Shown here one piece after another: positions 7,951 through 16,588 of a stretch of DNA of 61,376 nt. Origin of the DNA: a virus; the IMG/VR virus record IMGVR_UViG_3300037483_000245. One strand, written 5' to 3'. A program made the position numbers and the translations under genes. The first letter of the stretch is position 1. Every line of letters begins with the position of its first letter. Under the pieces are notes generated by a model that was not told the DNA's origin, did no database searches, and was given only the letters and a program-made list of their open reading frames with translations.

Positions 7951-8517
7951 ATGAACGAGAAGGAACGGAACGGCCACGCCGCGCCGAAGCCGGTATGGCG
8001 CGTTGGTGACAGAGTGGTGCGGAAGTGGGTGATGGAGGACGGCACGTGGTTTCGCGAGGGTGATAGCTGCCTATCCAATAGCGCGCTCCGCCACGGTGTG
8101 GTAAGCGAGGTGCGATGGATGCCACAAGAACAGCATTTCGTCTATGACGTGAAATGGGATGACCGCGACCTCTTCAGCCTCGGCTATCTCGGGCACGGAT
8201 TCGCCGCCGAGCCGGAGCCGGAGCCGCCGTATCCGGTGCAGCCTACCGGCAGCGGCATCTTCGCAAAACTGGAAGATCAGTTCCCAACGCCGCTGAATGA
8301 CCCGATGTGGTTCGCGACGCAGTCTGATCGCCGCATGTTTATCGAAGCAGTCGAGGCGCTCTATGTTGTTTTCAAGAACGCTTTCAACGTTGCGGAGGGA
8401 TTCCCGAAGCTCAGCCAGCATGCCGGGCCTCGCGAGTGGCCGAAGACGAGCATGGCCGACGACGAAACCACGCTGCTGAACCTGATCCACGACGCCAAGC
8501 GAGGGGGTGCGAAGTGA
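7951..8517 (+). CDS. hypothetical protein (188 aa)
   Basis: Internal ATG of ORF 7864..8517, preceded by GGAGG. Ends ...AKRGGAK at the shared junction sequence. Confidence 0.55.
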   Translation: MNEKERNGHAAPKPVWRVGDRVVRKWVMEDGTWFREGDSCLSNSALRHGVVSEVRWMPQEQHFVYDVKWDDRDLFSLGYLGHGFAAEPEPEPPYPVQPTGSGIFAKLEDQFPTPLNDPMWFATQSDRRMFIEAVEALYVVFKNAFNVAEGFPKLSQHAGPREWPKTSMADDETTLLNLIHDAKRGGAK

Positions 8518-8792
8518 CCGAGATGTGGGAGCGTTTACTTTCTAATATAGATGACCAGCAAGTCATCTTCTCGATGGATGAGTTGAATACGATTAGGTCT
8601 GCCGTAAAACTGAAGGCGGTGCTGGAACACGCCGACGTTTACGATTATCACGAGCACGCTTCGTCTACAGGCGAACGGTGCCTGACGATCTCAATCGGCC
8701 CGAACGATGGCAGGGATCGCTGGATTTATGCCCATTCAGTGGATGAGGCCTACGAGATACTGCGGGACGCCGAGCGAGGGGGTGCGAAATGA
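8514..8792 (+). CDS. hypothetical protein (92 aa) carrying the KLKAVL...DEAY module
   Basis: GTG overlapping the upstream stop (GTGA). SD GAGGGGG embedded in the upstream gene end. Confidence 0.5.
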   Translation: MTEMWERLLSNIDDQQVIFSMDELNTIRSAVKLKAVLEHADVYDYHEHASSTGERCLTISIGPNDGRDRWIYAHSVDEAYEILRDAERGGAK

Positions 8793-9160
8793 AAGCCACT
8801 GACCTGATCGCCCTGCTAGGTAAGTTCCCGCCCGAGTCGGACATCGACGGGGACGACATGTACGTCTCATTCCCCACGCTGCCGTGCGGGTGCCAACCTA
8901 CTCCGTGGGGGAACGACTTCGACGGGTTGATCAAAAACGCGGCCGAGTGCCTGACACCGTGCGCCCCGTGTCAGTCCTGTGGCGGTGGGGGATACATCGG
9001 CGGCGGGTCCGACCCGGAAACTGGAAACTGTGATCCCGGCCAGCCGTGTGACTGCACCGACGGTGGTCAGCATGAATCGTGGGTGGGATGCGACTTCGAC
9101 GGGGCCTCATGCGACAACTGCGGCCACCGGGTTGACTGCACGGCTAGGGGGAAACGATGA
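8789..9160 (+). CDS. Cys-rich hypothetical protein (123 aa)
   Basis: ORF track. ATGA start/stop overlap. Many Cys, including CQSCGGGG. Confidence 0.6.
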   Translation: MKATDLIALLGKFPPESDIDGDDMYVSFPTLPCGCQPTPWGNDFDGLIKNAAECLTPCAPCQSCGGGGYIGGGSDPETGNCDPGQPCDCTDGGQHESWVGCDFDGASCDNCGHRVDCTARGKR

Positions 9161-9555
9161 CTGACAAACCGACTGCACACGAGGCGCTGAGCCTGCTCGA
9201 GAGCGGGGCTCTTGTGATTTACGACCGGAGATGTGATTGGACCGAAACGGGTATTCCGGTAGACGTGCCTGTCATCATCGACGCCCTGAAGCTCAAGGCG
9301 GTGGTAGAGCGGAAGGAGGACACAATGCCGCGAACGATCGTCGTTGAGGTATCAAAAAACTGGCGTGCCCACCAACTCCCTGAACACGACGATATTCTTG
9401 GATCACTGTTCGAGGTTGTCATCAACGAGAACGATTCGCGCGGGTACAGTCTCCATTCGTGGCAGTTGTCGCGAGTTGGGACAAGCGAGTACGTCAATGA
9501 AACGATTGTAGCCGTGTTCGAGTTGAGGGAATGGGGAAGCGATGACGACGCCTGA
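9157..9555 (+). CDS. hypothetical protein (132 aa) with DALKLKAV motif
   Basis: ORF track. ATGA overlap with the upstream gene. Confidence 0.6.
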   Translation: MTDKPTAHEALSLLESGALVIYDRRCDWTETGIPVDVPVIIDALKLKAVVERKEDTMPRTIVVEVSKNWRAHQLPEHDDILGSLFEVVINENDSRGYSLHSWQLSRVGTSEYVNETIVAVFELREWGSDDDA

Positions 9556-9760
9556 CAAGGAAAACGACTTCTGGTGTGATCACTGCAAGGCCGCATACGA
9601 CCTCATGGATGTCAAGGTCGTCAAGACACCAGTCGGCTGTATTGATCGCACTTTGAACGATCAGTCCGCCGACGAGTTGCACGCGATCTGCCCCACCTGC
9701 GACCGCAAACTTGACTACTTCCTGAGCGATATTGAGGAGATCTGCGATGACGATGCCTGA
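9542..9760 (+). CDS. zinc-ribbon protein (72 aa, CDHC...CPTC)
   Basis: ORF track. Confidence 0.55.
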   Translation: MTTPDKENDFWCDHCKAAYDLMDVKVVKTPVGCIDRTLNDQSADELHAICPTCDRKLDYFLSDIEEICDDDA

Positions 9761-10091
9761 CAACGAGATTTGCACCTGCGGCCACTGGAGTTGCGAGATC
9801 TCGCGACTGACCCGCGAACTCGCCGCGATGACGGCCCGGGCGGAGGTGGCAGAGGCGGAGGTAGCCCGATACGAGAACGAGAGCGGCGCCCTGCCAGAGA
9901 ATTGCTCGATTGCGGATGCAATGCAGGCGTGGCGCAACTGCGAGGCACGACTGGAGCGGGCGCTGGATGCGCTGGCGAGGGTCAACGAGATTACCAACCG
10001 CGAGTGGACTGAAGGCGTGACGGCAGCCGACACGATTCAGCTCGGGGAGATCTGCCAGCCGGTGCTGCGAGAGAACGGGAGGATCGAGTGA
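9747..10091 (+). CDS. hypothetical coiled-coil protein (114 aa)
   Basis: Internal ATG of ORF 9732..10091, with GAGGAG 7 nt upstream. Confidence 0.5.
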   Translation: MTMPDNEICTCGHWSCEISRLTRELAAMTARAEVAEAEVARYENESGALPENCSIADAMQAWRNCEARLERALDALARVNEITNREWTEGVTAADTIQLGEICQPVLRENGRIE

Positions 10092-10687
10092 TCGTTAAGG
10101 CTTGCAATAACTGTGGCGGCTACGGCAACCATCCACCCAACTTTGCGTGTCTTGGACCAACATACGAATGGACTCCGATCAACCACGACCCGGCAGACGT
10201 TGCCGAGATCGCCCGACTCCGCGCCGAACTGGAAGAGTTACGGGACCACGTAGACACTTGGATCTGCGAGCGGTGCAACATGGCGTACCCGTCGGAGGAC
10301 GTCAGGCAACCGCCCCTGCTCCCTGCTTGCCCACGGTGCGGGCTATACGTAGTCCTGAAGTACGTGCTGGAAACTCGACGACTCAAGGACGAAATTGCCA
10401 ACCTGTCACACAGGAACGAACTGCTGCAGCGGGTGGTGGAGAAGTTGACCTCAGAGATTGATTCTCTGCAACGGAACACCGTGCCCACCAAATACCATGA
10501 CCAGATTAACGAAGCCGTGATCCTCGACGCCCTGAAGCTCAAGGCGGTACTCAGTAAGCCGAAGGAACTAGACGCCGTCTTCGTTGAGGAAGACTCACTA
10601 CTGTTCCGTCTCCGTATCGCATCGGGGTACGACCAGAGGCTGACACTCGACGAAGCCTACGCCGCGCTGTACTGGGAGGAGGAGTGA
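10088..10687 (+). CDS. zinc-ribbon / coiled-coil protein (199 aa) with C-terminal DALKLKAV...DEAY module
   Basis: ORF track. GTGA overlap start. CNNCGG, CERC...CPRC. Confidence 0.6.
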   Translation: MIVKACNNCGGYGNHPPNFACLGPTYEWTPINHDPADVAEIARLRAELEELRDHVDTWICERCNMAYPSEDVRQPPLLPACPRCGLYVVLKYVLETRRLKDEIANLSHRNELLQRVVEKLTSEIDSLQRNTVPTKYHDQINEAVILDALKLKAVLSKPKELDAVFVEEDSLLFRLRIASGYDQRLTLDEAYAALYWEEE

Positions 10688-10854
10688 TGACGACAGACGA
10701 CTTGACGTTTGACGAGGTCTTCACGAGACGGGACACCTACGTCACGGCATCCGACCGGGATCTTCTGTTTCAGTCTGCTACGGGCAGCACAAGGAGAACA
10801 CATGAGACTCTCACACCTCGTCATCATCATCATTCTCGTCATCATTCTTCCTAA
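10687..10854 (+). CDS. possible 55-aa protein with His-rich tail
   Basis: Hand translation. TGATG junction. Overlaps the alternative ORF 10802..10963, so only one of the two may be real. Confidence 0.25.
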   Translation: MTTDDLTFDEVFTRRDTYVTASDRDLLFQSATGSTRRTHETLTPRHHHHSRHHSS

Positions 10855-10963
10855 TGGGGACCGCGGCAGCATCCCTTATCACGAATCCAGCGTTCCCTCG
10901 TGCAAGTCGTCCAACGCCTACCCCTGCACGATGACCTTCAACATTGGGAGACCACCGCGATGA
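10802..10963 (+). CDS. possible 53-aa protein with hydrophobic N-terminus
   Basis: ATG preceded by AAGGAGAACAC. MRLSHLVIIIILVIIL... Confidence 0.35.
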   Translation: MRLSHLVIIIILVIILPNGDRGSIPYHESSVPSCKSSNAYPCTMTFNIGRPPR

Positions 10964-11157
10964 GTGACCCTGGCTACACCGACGAAGAAGAAGCAACTTC
11001 GCTTACTCCCTTTGTGCCAGGAAGGAGGATCGACGCAGAAACTGGTGAGATCGTCCCGGACTGCGACGTCACGACACCTGTCTCTTGCACGGTTCATAAA
11101 GGGCACACAGGGCCGCATGTGTCCGCAGACATTCAACTGTGGCAGACACTGGAGTAG
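10960..11157 (+). CDS. hypothetical acidic protein (65 aa)
   Basis: Internal ATG of ORF 10900..11157, with ATGA overlap to the upstream ORF. Confidence 0.5.
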   Translation: MSDPGYTDEEEATSLTPFVPGRRIDAETGEIVPDCDVTTPVSCTVHKGHTGPHVSADIQLWQTLE

Positions 11158-11251
11158 AAGGAGACGGCTGAGAAGATTGACAGAGAGGCAAGAGGACTTG
11201 ACTGATTGTCTTCATGTCTGGTACTCTTAGCCTGCCTACGTTCTCCAGCCA

Positions 11252-11551
11252 TCAACGGCTGCCTGCCAATCCGAGGGGAGGGTGGAAACGCCCTCCCTGC
11301 CTTCCTTCGCTGTCGTCAAGGATCTCATACAAGAGGTCGATTGAGATCCCCAGGGCGTCAGCAATCTTCTTCGCATTCTTCAGGCTGGGGCTTCGGCGCT
11401 GGGAGGGATCATCACTGAATACCCGGGAGATCATGGACCAACTGATTCCTGTTTTCTCTCGGATCTGAGCAAGCGTGAGCGTGGACACTGCCCCAGGGAT
11501 GATCTCTTTTCCTGTTCCGTGGCAGCGTCGGCATGTGTTAGACTGGACCAT
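11252..11551 (-). CDS. XRE-family helix-turn-helix regulator with N-terminal CxxCxGxG
   Basis: LTLAQIREKTGISWSMISRVF...AKKIADALGISIDLL resembles the HTH_3/Cro-CI fold. Only minus-strand gene inside the plus arm. Confidence 0.6.
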   Translation of the reverse strand: MVQSNTCRRCHGTGKEIIPGAVSTLTLAQIREKTGISWSMISRVFSDDPSQRRSPSLKNAKKIADALGISIDLLYEILDDSEGRQGGRFHPPLGLAGSR

Positions 11552-11561
11552 ACGACGTATG
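11549..11561. promoter_or_regulatory. 13-bp palindrome CATACG-A-CGTATG overlapping the regulator start codon
   Basis: Read directly in the 38-bp divergent gap. Confidence 0.3.
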
Positions 11562-11589
11562 GTAGCAGCAGGAGGGGTAACCTGTCAAA

Positions 11590-12183
11590 ATGGGTCAAGT
11601 AAGGAAACCGAAACGACGCATTGCAGTAGTCGGGGATGAGTCCTCCAGTAAACGCCGAAGGTCAGTCAGTGACCCGGTCAATGCCGAGTATAAGCAGCAG
11701 GACTTCCGTATCCCGTCACAGGACGCAAGAGGGCACAAGGAGCCAATCACGTTCCAAGTACCGCCAGGGTACAAGAATCAGATGGGGGTCGTCATCGGCA
11801 GCCGCAAGTACCCCTACGAGACCGAGGGTCAGCTTCTCCGCCACGCCCTCCATCGTCATCTGGAATGGCTGGCCGAACTGGAGCCGGATCTGCCAAACGA
11901 CTTAGCCCCTCTCAAGATCATGAACGAGGTCGTATCCAGACAAGAGACTCTTCTCAAGTTCAACTCTGCACTTCATTACTTCGAACAGGTCATCGCAGAA
12001 CTCATCGAACACGACATGCGAGGAGAGGCTGTCCGCACCGTGTGGGAGATCAGCGAGGCCGCGGAGAAGATCGAGCAGCCGCAGTGGTACAACCATTTTC
12101 GCGAGCAGATCCAGAAACGCTGGGGGCATCTGCTCAAGACCAAACCAATCAAACTGGTAAGGACTGGTACAGAGGAGGGGTGA
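11590..12183 (+). CDS. hypothetical protein (197 aa)
   Basis: ORF track. Confidence 0.65.
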   Translation: MGQVRKPKRRIAVVGDESSSKRRRSVSDPVNAEYKQQDFRIPSQDARGHKEPITFQVPPGYKNQMGVVIGSRKYPYETEGQLLRHALHRHLEWLAELEPDLPNDLAPLKIMNEVVSRQETLLKFNSALHYFEQVIAELIEHDMRGEAVRTVWEISEAAEKIEQPQWYNHFREQIQKRWGHLLKTKPIKLVRTGTEEG

Positions 12184-12184
12184 T

Positions 12185-12394
12185 ATGCGCCATCTTCGGC
12201 CTGTTGGGGAGCAGATCGACCGTGAAGTGAGGCCCGGCGGTATCTGTGGGCCGGACAATCCAGGGCTGCATCGCTGGATTCGGCGCCTTACACACAAGGC
12301 AGAGCGTCAGTATGTGCGCCGCGCTCTCGCTTCAGAGGAGTGGGAGCTTGCAGAGGAAACGCTGGATGGGATTTACTCAGGCTGGATGAGCTAG
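12185..12394 (+). CDS. hypothetical protein (69 aa)
   Basis: ORF track. Tightly packed after the previous stop. Confidence 0.5.
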   Translation: MRHLRPVGEQIDREVRPGGICGPDNPGLHRWIRRLTHKAERQYVRRALASEEWELAEETLDGIYSGWMS

Positions 12395-12407
12395 AAAGGC
12401 TTACTGA

Positions 12408-14006
12408 ATGTCACTGTTGTTACCGCCCAACTCGCTTGGGCTGCCGGGACGTTTCACCTCTTGGAGACCGGAGCAGGAAGATGCGCTCTGGACCGTTGCG
12501 TCCTCGGACAAGAGGTTCGCTGCATTAGGGATGCCAACGGGTAGTGGGAAGTCTCCGTTCGCCGCAGGTCTCCATCGTCTCCTTGGCGGACGTACATTGG
12601 TGCTTACCTCTACAAAGGGGTTGCAGGAACAGTACATTCGCGACTTCAAGTCCATGAAACTCACTGACATCCGTGGCATGAACAACTACGACTGCCGCGC
12701 CTTGCTCCCCGGAGGTAACCTCTGGCAGCTGTCCGACGGCCGCTCGGTCACCTGCGATCACGGCCCTTGCCGCACTGGCATTCGCTGCGACCTCCGCGAC
12801 TCCGGCTGCGACTACTTCAATGCGGTCGCTCTTGCCTCCAATGCTGAATTCATCGTGACCAACTACAGTTACTGGGTTGCTCAGCGGATGAACGTGGCCT
12901 ACCGCAACCGCGACTCCAGCATTGGCGACTTCGACACGATCATTCTCGATGAAGCCCACGATGCGCCCGACAATCTCTGCAGCGCCCTTGCTATCGAGAT
13001 CACGGCGGAAGACCTCGCCATGCTGCTCTCCAGTGACCCCGAGTCGGAAGAGATCAAGGACTGGCAGGCGTGGGCGTCCCGTCACCAGACCCCGCTGAAC
13101 GCCAGGATTGCGGCCCTTGAAGCCGCCCTCAAGGTCTCCAAAGCCGTGAAGAACGATGTGGTCGCCATGCTGCACTACAAGCAACTCCTGGCCAAGTTGG
13201 AGCGCATTGCCGGGATCGCCGGTCGCTGGGTTGTCGAGCGCACATCCAAGGGATTTCTCCTTGAACCCGTCTGGCCCGCAGAGTACACTGAGGAACTCTT
13301 GTACGCTGGAGCTTCCAAGGTCGTGTTGATGTCTGCCACCATTCGCCCCAAGACAGCCGAGATTCTGGGCATCTCAGAATTTGACTGGGCGGACTACCCA
13401 TCGTCCTTCCCTGTCTCCCGGCGCCCTTTCTACACCGTCCCTACGGTTCGCATGCACTACAAGATGCCCGACGGCGACAAACGCTACTGGGCGCAACGAA
13501 TCAGCCAGATCGTGCGCTCACGGCCGCACGTCAAGGGGATCATTCACACGGTCAGTTACGACCGGGCCAAGTACCTCGTCGAGAACCTGGACGTGGGCGA
13601 CATTCCCGTCTTCACTCACACCGGCTACACGACTCGCGCCACAGTCGAGAAGTTCAAACGGGCAAAGAACGGAGTCATCATCTCCCCATCGCTCTCCACA
13701 GGCTACGACTTCCCCTACGACCTCTGCCGCTACCAGATCATTGGCAAGGTTCCGTGGCCCGACACCCGTGGTGCAGTCATGCAGGCAAGGAGAGGGATCG
13801 ACAAGGAGTACCCTGCCTACATTACTGCTCAGCAGATCGTGCAGATGGCGGGGCGCGGTACGAGGAGTGCTGACGACTTCTCAGAAGTCTTCTGCGTGGA
13901 CGACTTCATGCTGGGGATGCTTGCGGCCTACCGCCACCTCTTCCCCGCCAGCTTTCTCGAAACGGTGCAAAGCGCTCGTATCATCCCCAAGGAACCCAGT
14001 TATTGA
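12408..14006 (+). CDS. XPD/Rad3/DinG-family superfamily 2 helicase with Fe-S cluster cysteines
   Basis: Walker A GMPTGSGKS, DEAH box ILDEAHD, and a Cys cluster between them (C-x20-C-x4-C-x6-C-x7-C). Confidence 0.8.
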   Translation: MSLLLPPNSLGLPGRFTSWRPEQEDALWTVASSDKRFAALGMPTGSGKSPFAAGLHRLLGGRTLVLTSTKGLQEQYIRDFKSMKLTDIRGMNNYDCRALLPGGNLWQLSDGRSVTCDHGPCRTGIRCDLRDSGCDYFNAVALASNAEFIVTNYSYWVAQRMNVAYRNRDSSIGDFDTIILDEAHDAPDNLCSALAIEITAEDLAMLLSSDPESEEIKDWQAWASRHQTPLNARIAALEAALKVSKAVKNDVVAMLHYKQLLAKLERIAGIAGRWVVERTSKGFLLEPVWPAEYTEELLYAGASKVVLMSATIRPKTAEILGISEFDWADYPSSFPVSRRPFYTVPTVRMHYKMPDGDKRYWAQRISQIVRSRPHVKGIIHTVSYDRAKYLVENLDVGDIPVFTHTGYTTRATVEKFKRAKNGVIISPSLSTGYDFPYDLCRYQIIGKVPWPDTRGAVMQARRGIDKEYPAYITAQQIVQMAGRGTRSADDFSEVFCVDDFMLGMLAAYRHLFPASFLETVQSARIIPKEPSY

Positions 14007-14052
14007 CTGGCAGTCAAGACTTCGGATATAATGGAGGACTCATGGAGACAGC

Positions 14053-14142
14053 ATGAAACAGCGTTGCGGGCAGTGTCGTCGGCCAATTCCGGCCAAATCA
14101 GAACGATGCCCCTACTGCGGGGCGAGAAAACCAAGAAAGTAA
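14053..14142 (+). CDS. possible 29-aa zinc-ribbon peptide (CGQC...CPYC)
   Basis: Hand translation MKQRCGQCRRPIPAKSERCPYCGARKPRK. Confidence 0.35.
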   Translation: MKQRCGQCRRPIPAKSERCPYCGARKPRK

Positions 14143-14151
14143 GGAGAACTC

Positions 14152-14910
14152 ATGGGTAAGATTTCATACAGCGCAGCGAATCTGGGGCAGGGTGGGTTGA
14201 CCGAAGGGGATGTTACGATCGTCGGCTTCAAGTTTGTCGAGAGTGACCCCGACAAGACTGGCGGCAACGTCCTCATCAGTGCGGTGATCGAGTACCTGCC
14301 GGACGGGGAAGGAGAGCCTACGCCGCGCTTCTACCAGGTCGGAAGGAAGATATTCAAGGGAACGGCAGTTGCCGTGAGCGAGGATGGGCTGGATCTTGAA
14401 GTTCTCGACGACGACACCGAGTACAAGGTCTGGGAGAAGAGTGATCTTGGGCTGTATATCACAGCGCTGGAGAACTCGGGATTCTCGACTGCCCGTCTCG
14501 ATGACGAAGGGTGGAGTGCAGTCATCGGTGAGAAGTTCCACGTCGAGAAGGTCTCGACCTACAAATCTCCCGACGGCAGCAAAGAGAAGTTCAACCTCTT
14601 CCCGACCAAGTATCTCGGCAGCGAGGGCGGGGCGAAGAAGTCGAAGGCTTCCAAGAAGTCAAAGGCTGCACCGGCGGCAGAGGTCGATGTGGACGAGATC
14701 GCCACGACCAAGTTGCTGGAGTACCTTGCGGCCGCGGACGCTCCTCTCAAGCTCAACGAGATCCAGCGGAATGCCTTCCGTGACAAGGAGATCAAGGCGC
14801 TCGACAAGGACGCGAAGAAGGCCGTGATGGCACGGCTCATCGACACGGATTTCCTCTCGACCGAGGACGGATGGGAGTTCGACGAAGAGGAAGGAACGGT
14901 CGAAGCGTAA
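14152..14910 (+). CDS. hypothetical protein with Lys-rich linker and acidic C-terminus. The ssDNA-binding role is speculative
   Basis: ORF track. Strong SD TAAGGAGAACTC. Sits between helicase and nuclease. Acidic tail EFDEEEGTVEA, as in T7 gp2.5-type SSBs. Confidence 0.55.
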   Translation: MGKISYSAANLGQGGLTEGDVTIVGFKFVESDPDKTGGNVLISAVIEYLPDGEGEPTPRFYQVGRKIFKGTAVAVSEDGLDLEVLDDDTEYKVWEKSDLGLYITALENSGFSTARLDDEGWSAVIGEKFHVEKVSTYKSPDGSKEKFNLFPTKYLGSEGGAKKSKASKKSKAAPAAEVDVDEIATTKLLEYLAAADAPLKLNEIQRNAFRDKEIKALDKDAKKAVMARLIDTDFLSTEDGWEFDEEEGTVEA

Positions 14911-14913
14911 GAC

Positions 14914-15621
14914 ATGCAGATCTTCCGCCGACCTCTTGAATTCGACCCCAAGTTCTACTCCGAGGAGTTCGGGGTGGTGCGTTCCAACGGAGTCCACGTC
15001 AGCACGATCATCAATGCGCTGGCGGTGGAGAACGGGTTCAAGAAGGTCGGCGGGAAGTCAGAAGTCGAGCTGGAAGCATACCGGCTTGCAGGGTTCGCGT
15101 GGGAGCATGTGGTCAGCGCCCATGTCATCGGCGTCGAGTTGGAACGGCGCCAAGCCCTCATCCGCCCGGGGGAGTACTTCTGGTGTGTCGTCTGCGATGA
15201 AGCCTTCCCCAGCGGCGAGGACTCTCCTGCGTCAGACCACGTCGAGTCCACGGGGCACACAGGCATCTATCTCACTCCGGACGCTATCAACACGAAGCTC
15301 TGGGCGCTGGAGGAGTGGAAGTGGACGTGGAAGTCGCAGAACCGCTGCGTCACGCCCAACATCCGCGAGAAGCCCGACGAAGATGGCTGGGTGGAAGACG
15401 CCGCCATGATTACCGGGATCTGGGAGTGGCCGGTCCAAGCAATGGCCTACTGCCACGTTCTTGATCTCACGGATGCCATCTTCCGCGTGATGTTCGCCAA
15501 CGGCACGTATAAGGACATGCAGCCGGAGCCGTGGAGTTTCTATCTACGGTTCACACAGAAGGATCTGAACAACAATTGGAGGATGCTGGTGGGTAAAGCG
15601 AAAGATGAGGGATGGTTATGA
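14914..15621 (+). CDS. RecB/Cas4/lambda-Exo-like PD-(D/E)XK nuclease
   Basis: Motifs TPDAI (D), LEEWKW (ExK) and QAMAY (QxxxY) in canonical order. Confidence 0.65.
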   Translation: MQIFRRPLEFDPKFYSEEFGVVRSNGVHVSTIINALAVENGFKKVGGKSEVELEAYRLAGFAWEHVVSAHVIGVELERRQALIRPGEYFWCVVCDEAFPSGEDSPASDHVESTGHTGIYLTPDAINTKLWALEEWKWTWKSQNRCVTPNIREKPDEDGWVEDAAMITGIWEWPVQAMAYCHVLDLTDAIFRVMFANGTYKDMQPEPWSFYLRFTQKDLNNNWRMLVGKAKDEGWL

Positions 15622-16100
15622 AGAGCAATACAGCAGTGGTCGATACACTGACGTTCGTGATTGATGCCTTCGGCGCGTCAAAAGGTGGCAGCGAGCCGTT
15701 TGCATTCCAGCACTCGGTGCGAGTAGGCATGAAAGGGATGACTGTCGCTGAGATCGTTGTAGGCCTTCTGCACGACATCGTCGAGGATACGCAAGTGACG
15801 GTGGAAGACATCCGGCAGTATGACTTCAGCCTTGTAGATGATGTGATTGTAGGGGATGCAGTAGACCTTCTTACTCATCAGGAGCGTCACACCTATATCG
15901 AGTACATCGACAGCCTGCTCTCTGGCGCCGGGACCAATCGTGCCACGCACCGCACCGCCCTCTATGTCAAGATGCATGATCTGGAGGACAATCTGGGGCG
16001 CATCGACGACTATGATGTTCCCGAAACAACCAAGGACCGTCTTGTGGAGCGTTGGGCAGAGGCGCAAAGGCGTGTCTGTACCGCTCTTGGTATCTATTAG
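15612..16100 (+). CDS. SpoT/RelA-type HD-domain hydrolase (small alarmone hydrolase-like)
   Basis: H...LLHDIVEDT and KMHDLEDNL match the HD_4 (p)ppGpp-hydrolase signature. An alternative ATG at 15618 overlaps the upstream stop. Confidence 0.7.
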   Translation: MVMKSNTAVVDTLTFVIDAFGASKGGSEPFAFQHSVRVGMKGMTVAEIVVGLLHDIVEDTQVTVEDIRQYDFSLVDDVIVGDAVDLLTHQERHTYIEYIDSLLSGAGTNRATHRTALYVKMHDLEDNLGRIDDYDVPETTKDRLVERWAEAQRRVCTALGIY

Positions 16101-16171
16101 ATATATAGGACTGCGCGTACTTTTTTGCTTAAAGGAAACCGTGCCTGCCTTGAAAACTCTGAGGAGTCATA

Positions 16172-16588
16172 ATGCCCGGACCATCACGACCACTCATCTC
16201 TGCACGTAACCTGCTTGTGACAGGCCGTGCCATCCGTAAACGCGGCAACGCTCTCGAACTCCGTATGTGTGGGCCGAACAGCGGCACCGGAGTCTGGCTG
16301 CAATTCAACTCTTCCCGCTCAGCCAAAGCGATGGAGCGCCGCATCTTCGCGTTCCTCAATACATGCAAGGGCGATAACGAGTACAACGACCGCATCCTCA
16401 TGATTGCCCGAGCCGCAGAGATGGAAGTCGCCGAGACCCAGGCGGCGGTATCAGACAAGCATGTTGCCATTGGTGAGTCCCGCGAAGAGCAGGTGGCTCG
16501 TAAGGAGTTCGTCGAGAAGACAGTCGAAGAAGTCAAGGAAGACTGGAAGGAGAAAGGCATTGTCATTACCGAAGAAACTACTGAATAG
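16172..16588 (+). CDS. hypothetical protein (138 aa)
   Basis: ORF track. Confidence 0.6.
   Translation: MPGPSRPLISARNLLVTGRAIRKRGNALELRMCGPNSGTGVWLQFNSSRSAKAMERRIFAFLNTCKGDNEYNDRILMIARAAEMEVAETQAAVSDKHVAIGESREEQVARKEFVEKTVEEVKEDWKEKGIVITEETTE

Noticed and set aside
11276-11297. Hairpin GGGAGGG-N8-CCCTCCC as a bidirectional terminator between genes 10960..11157 and 11252..11551
   Set aside because: It lies inside the 3' end of the regulator ORF and has no U-run on either strand. I noted it but did not call it.
16404-16559. The long N-terminal extension of the ATPase ORF (listed start 16404)
   Set aside because: It would overlap gene 16172..16588 by 185 nt. A TTG at 16560, with AAGGAG 7 nt upstream, gives a conventional start just before the Walker A strand.
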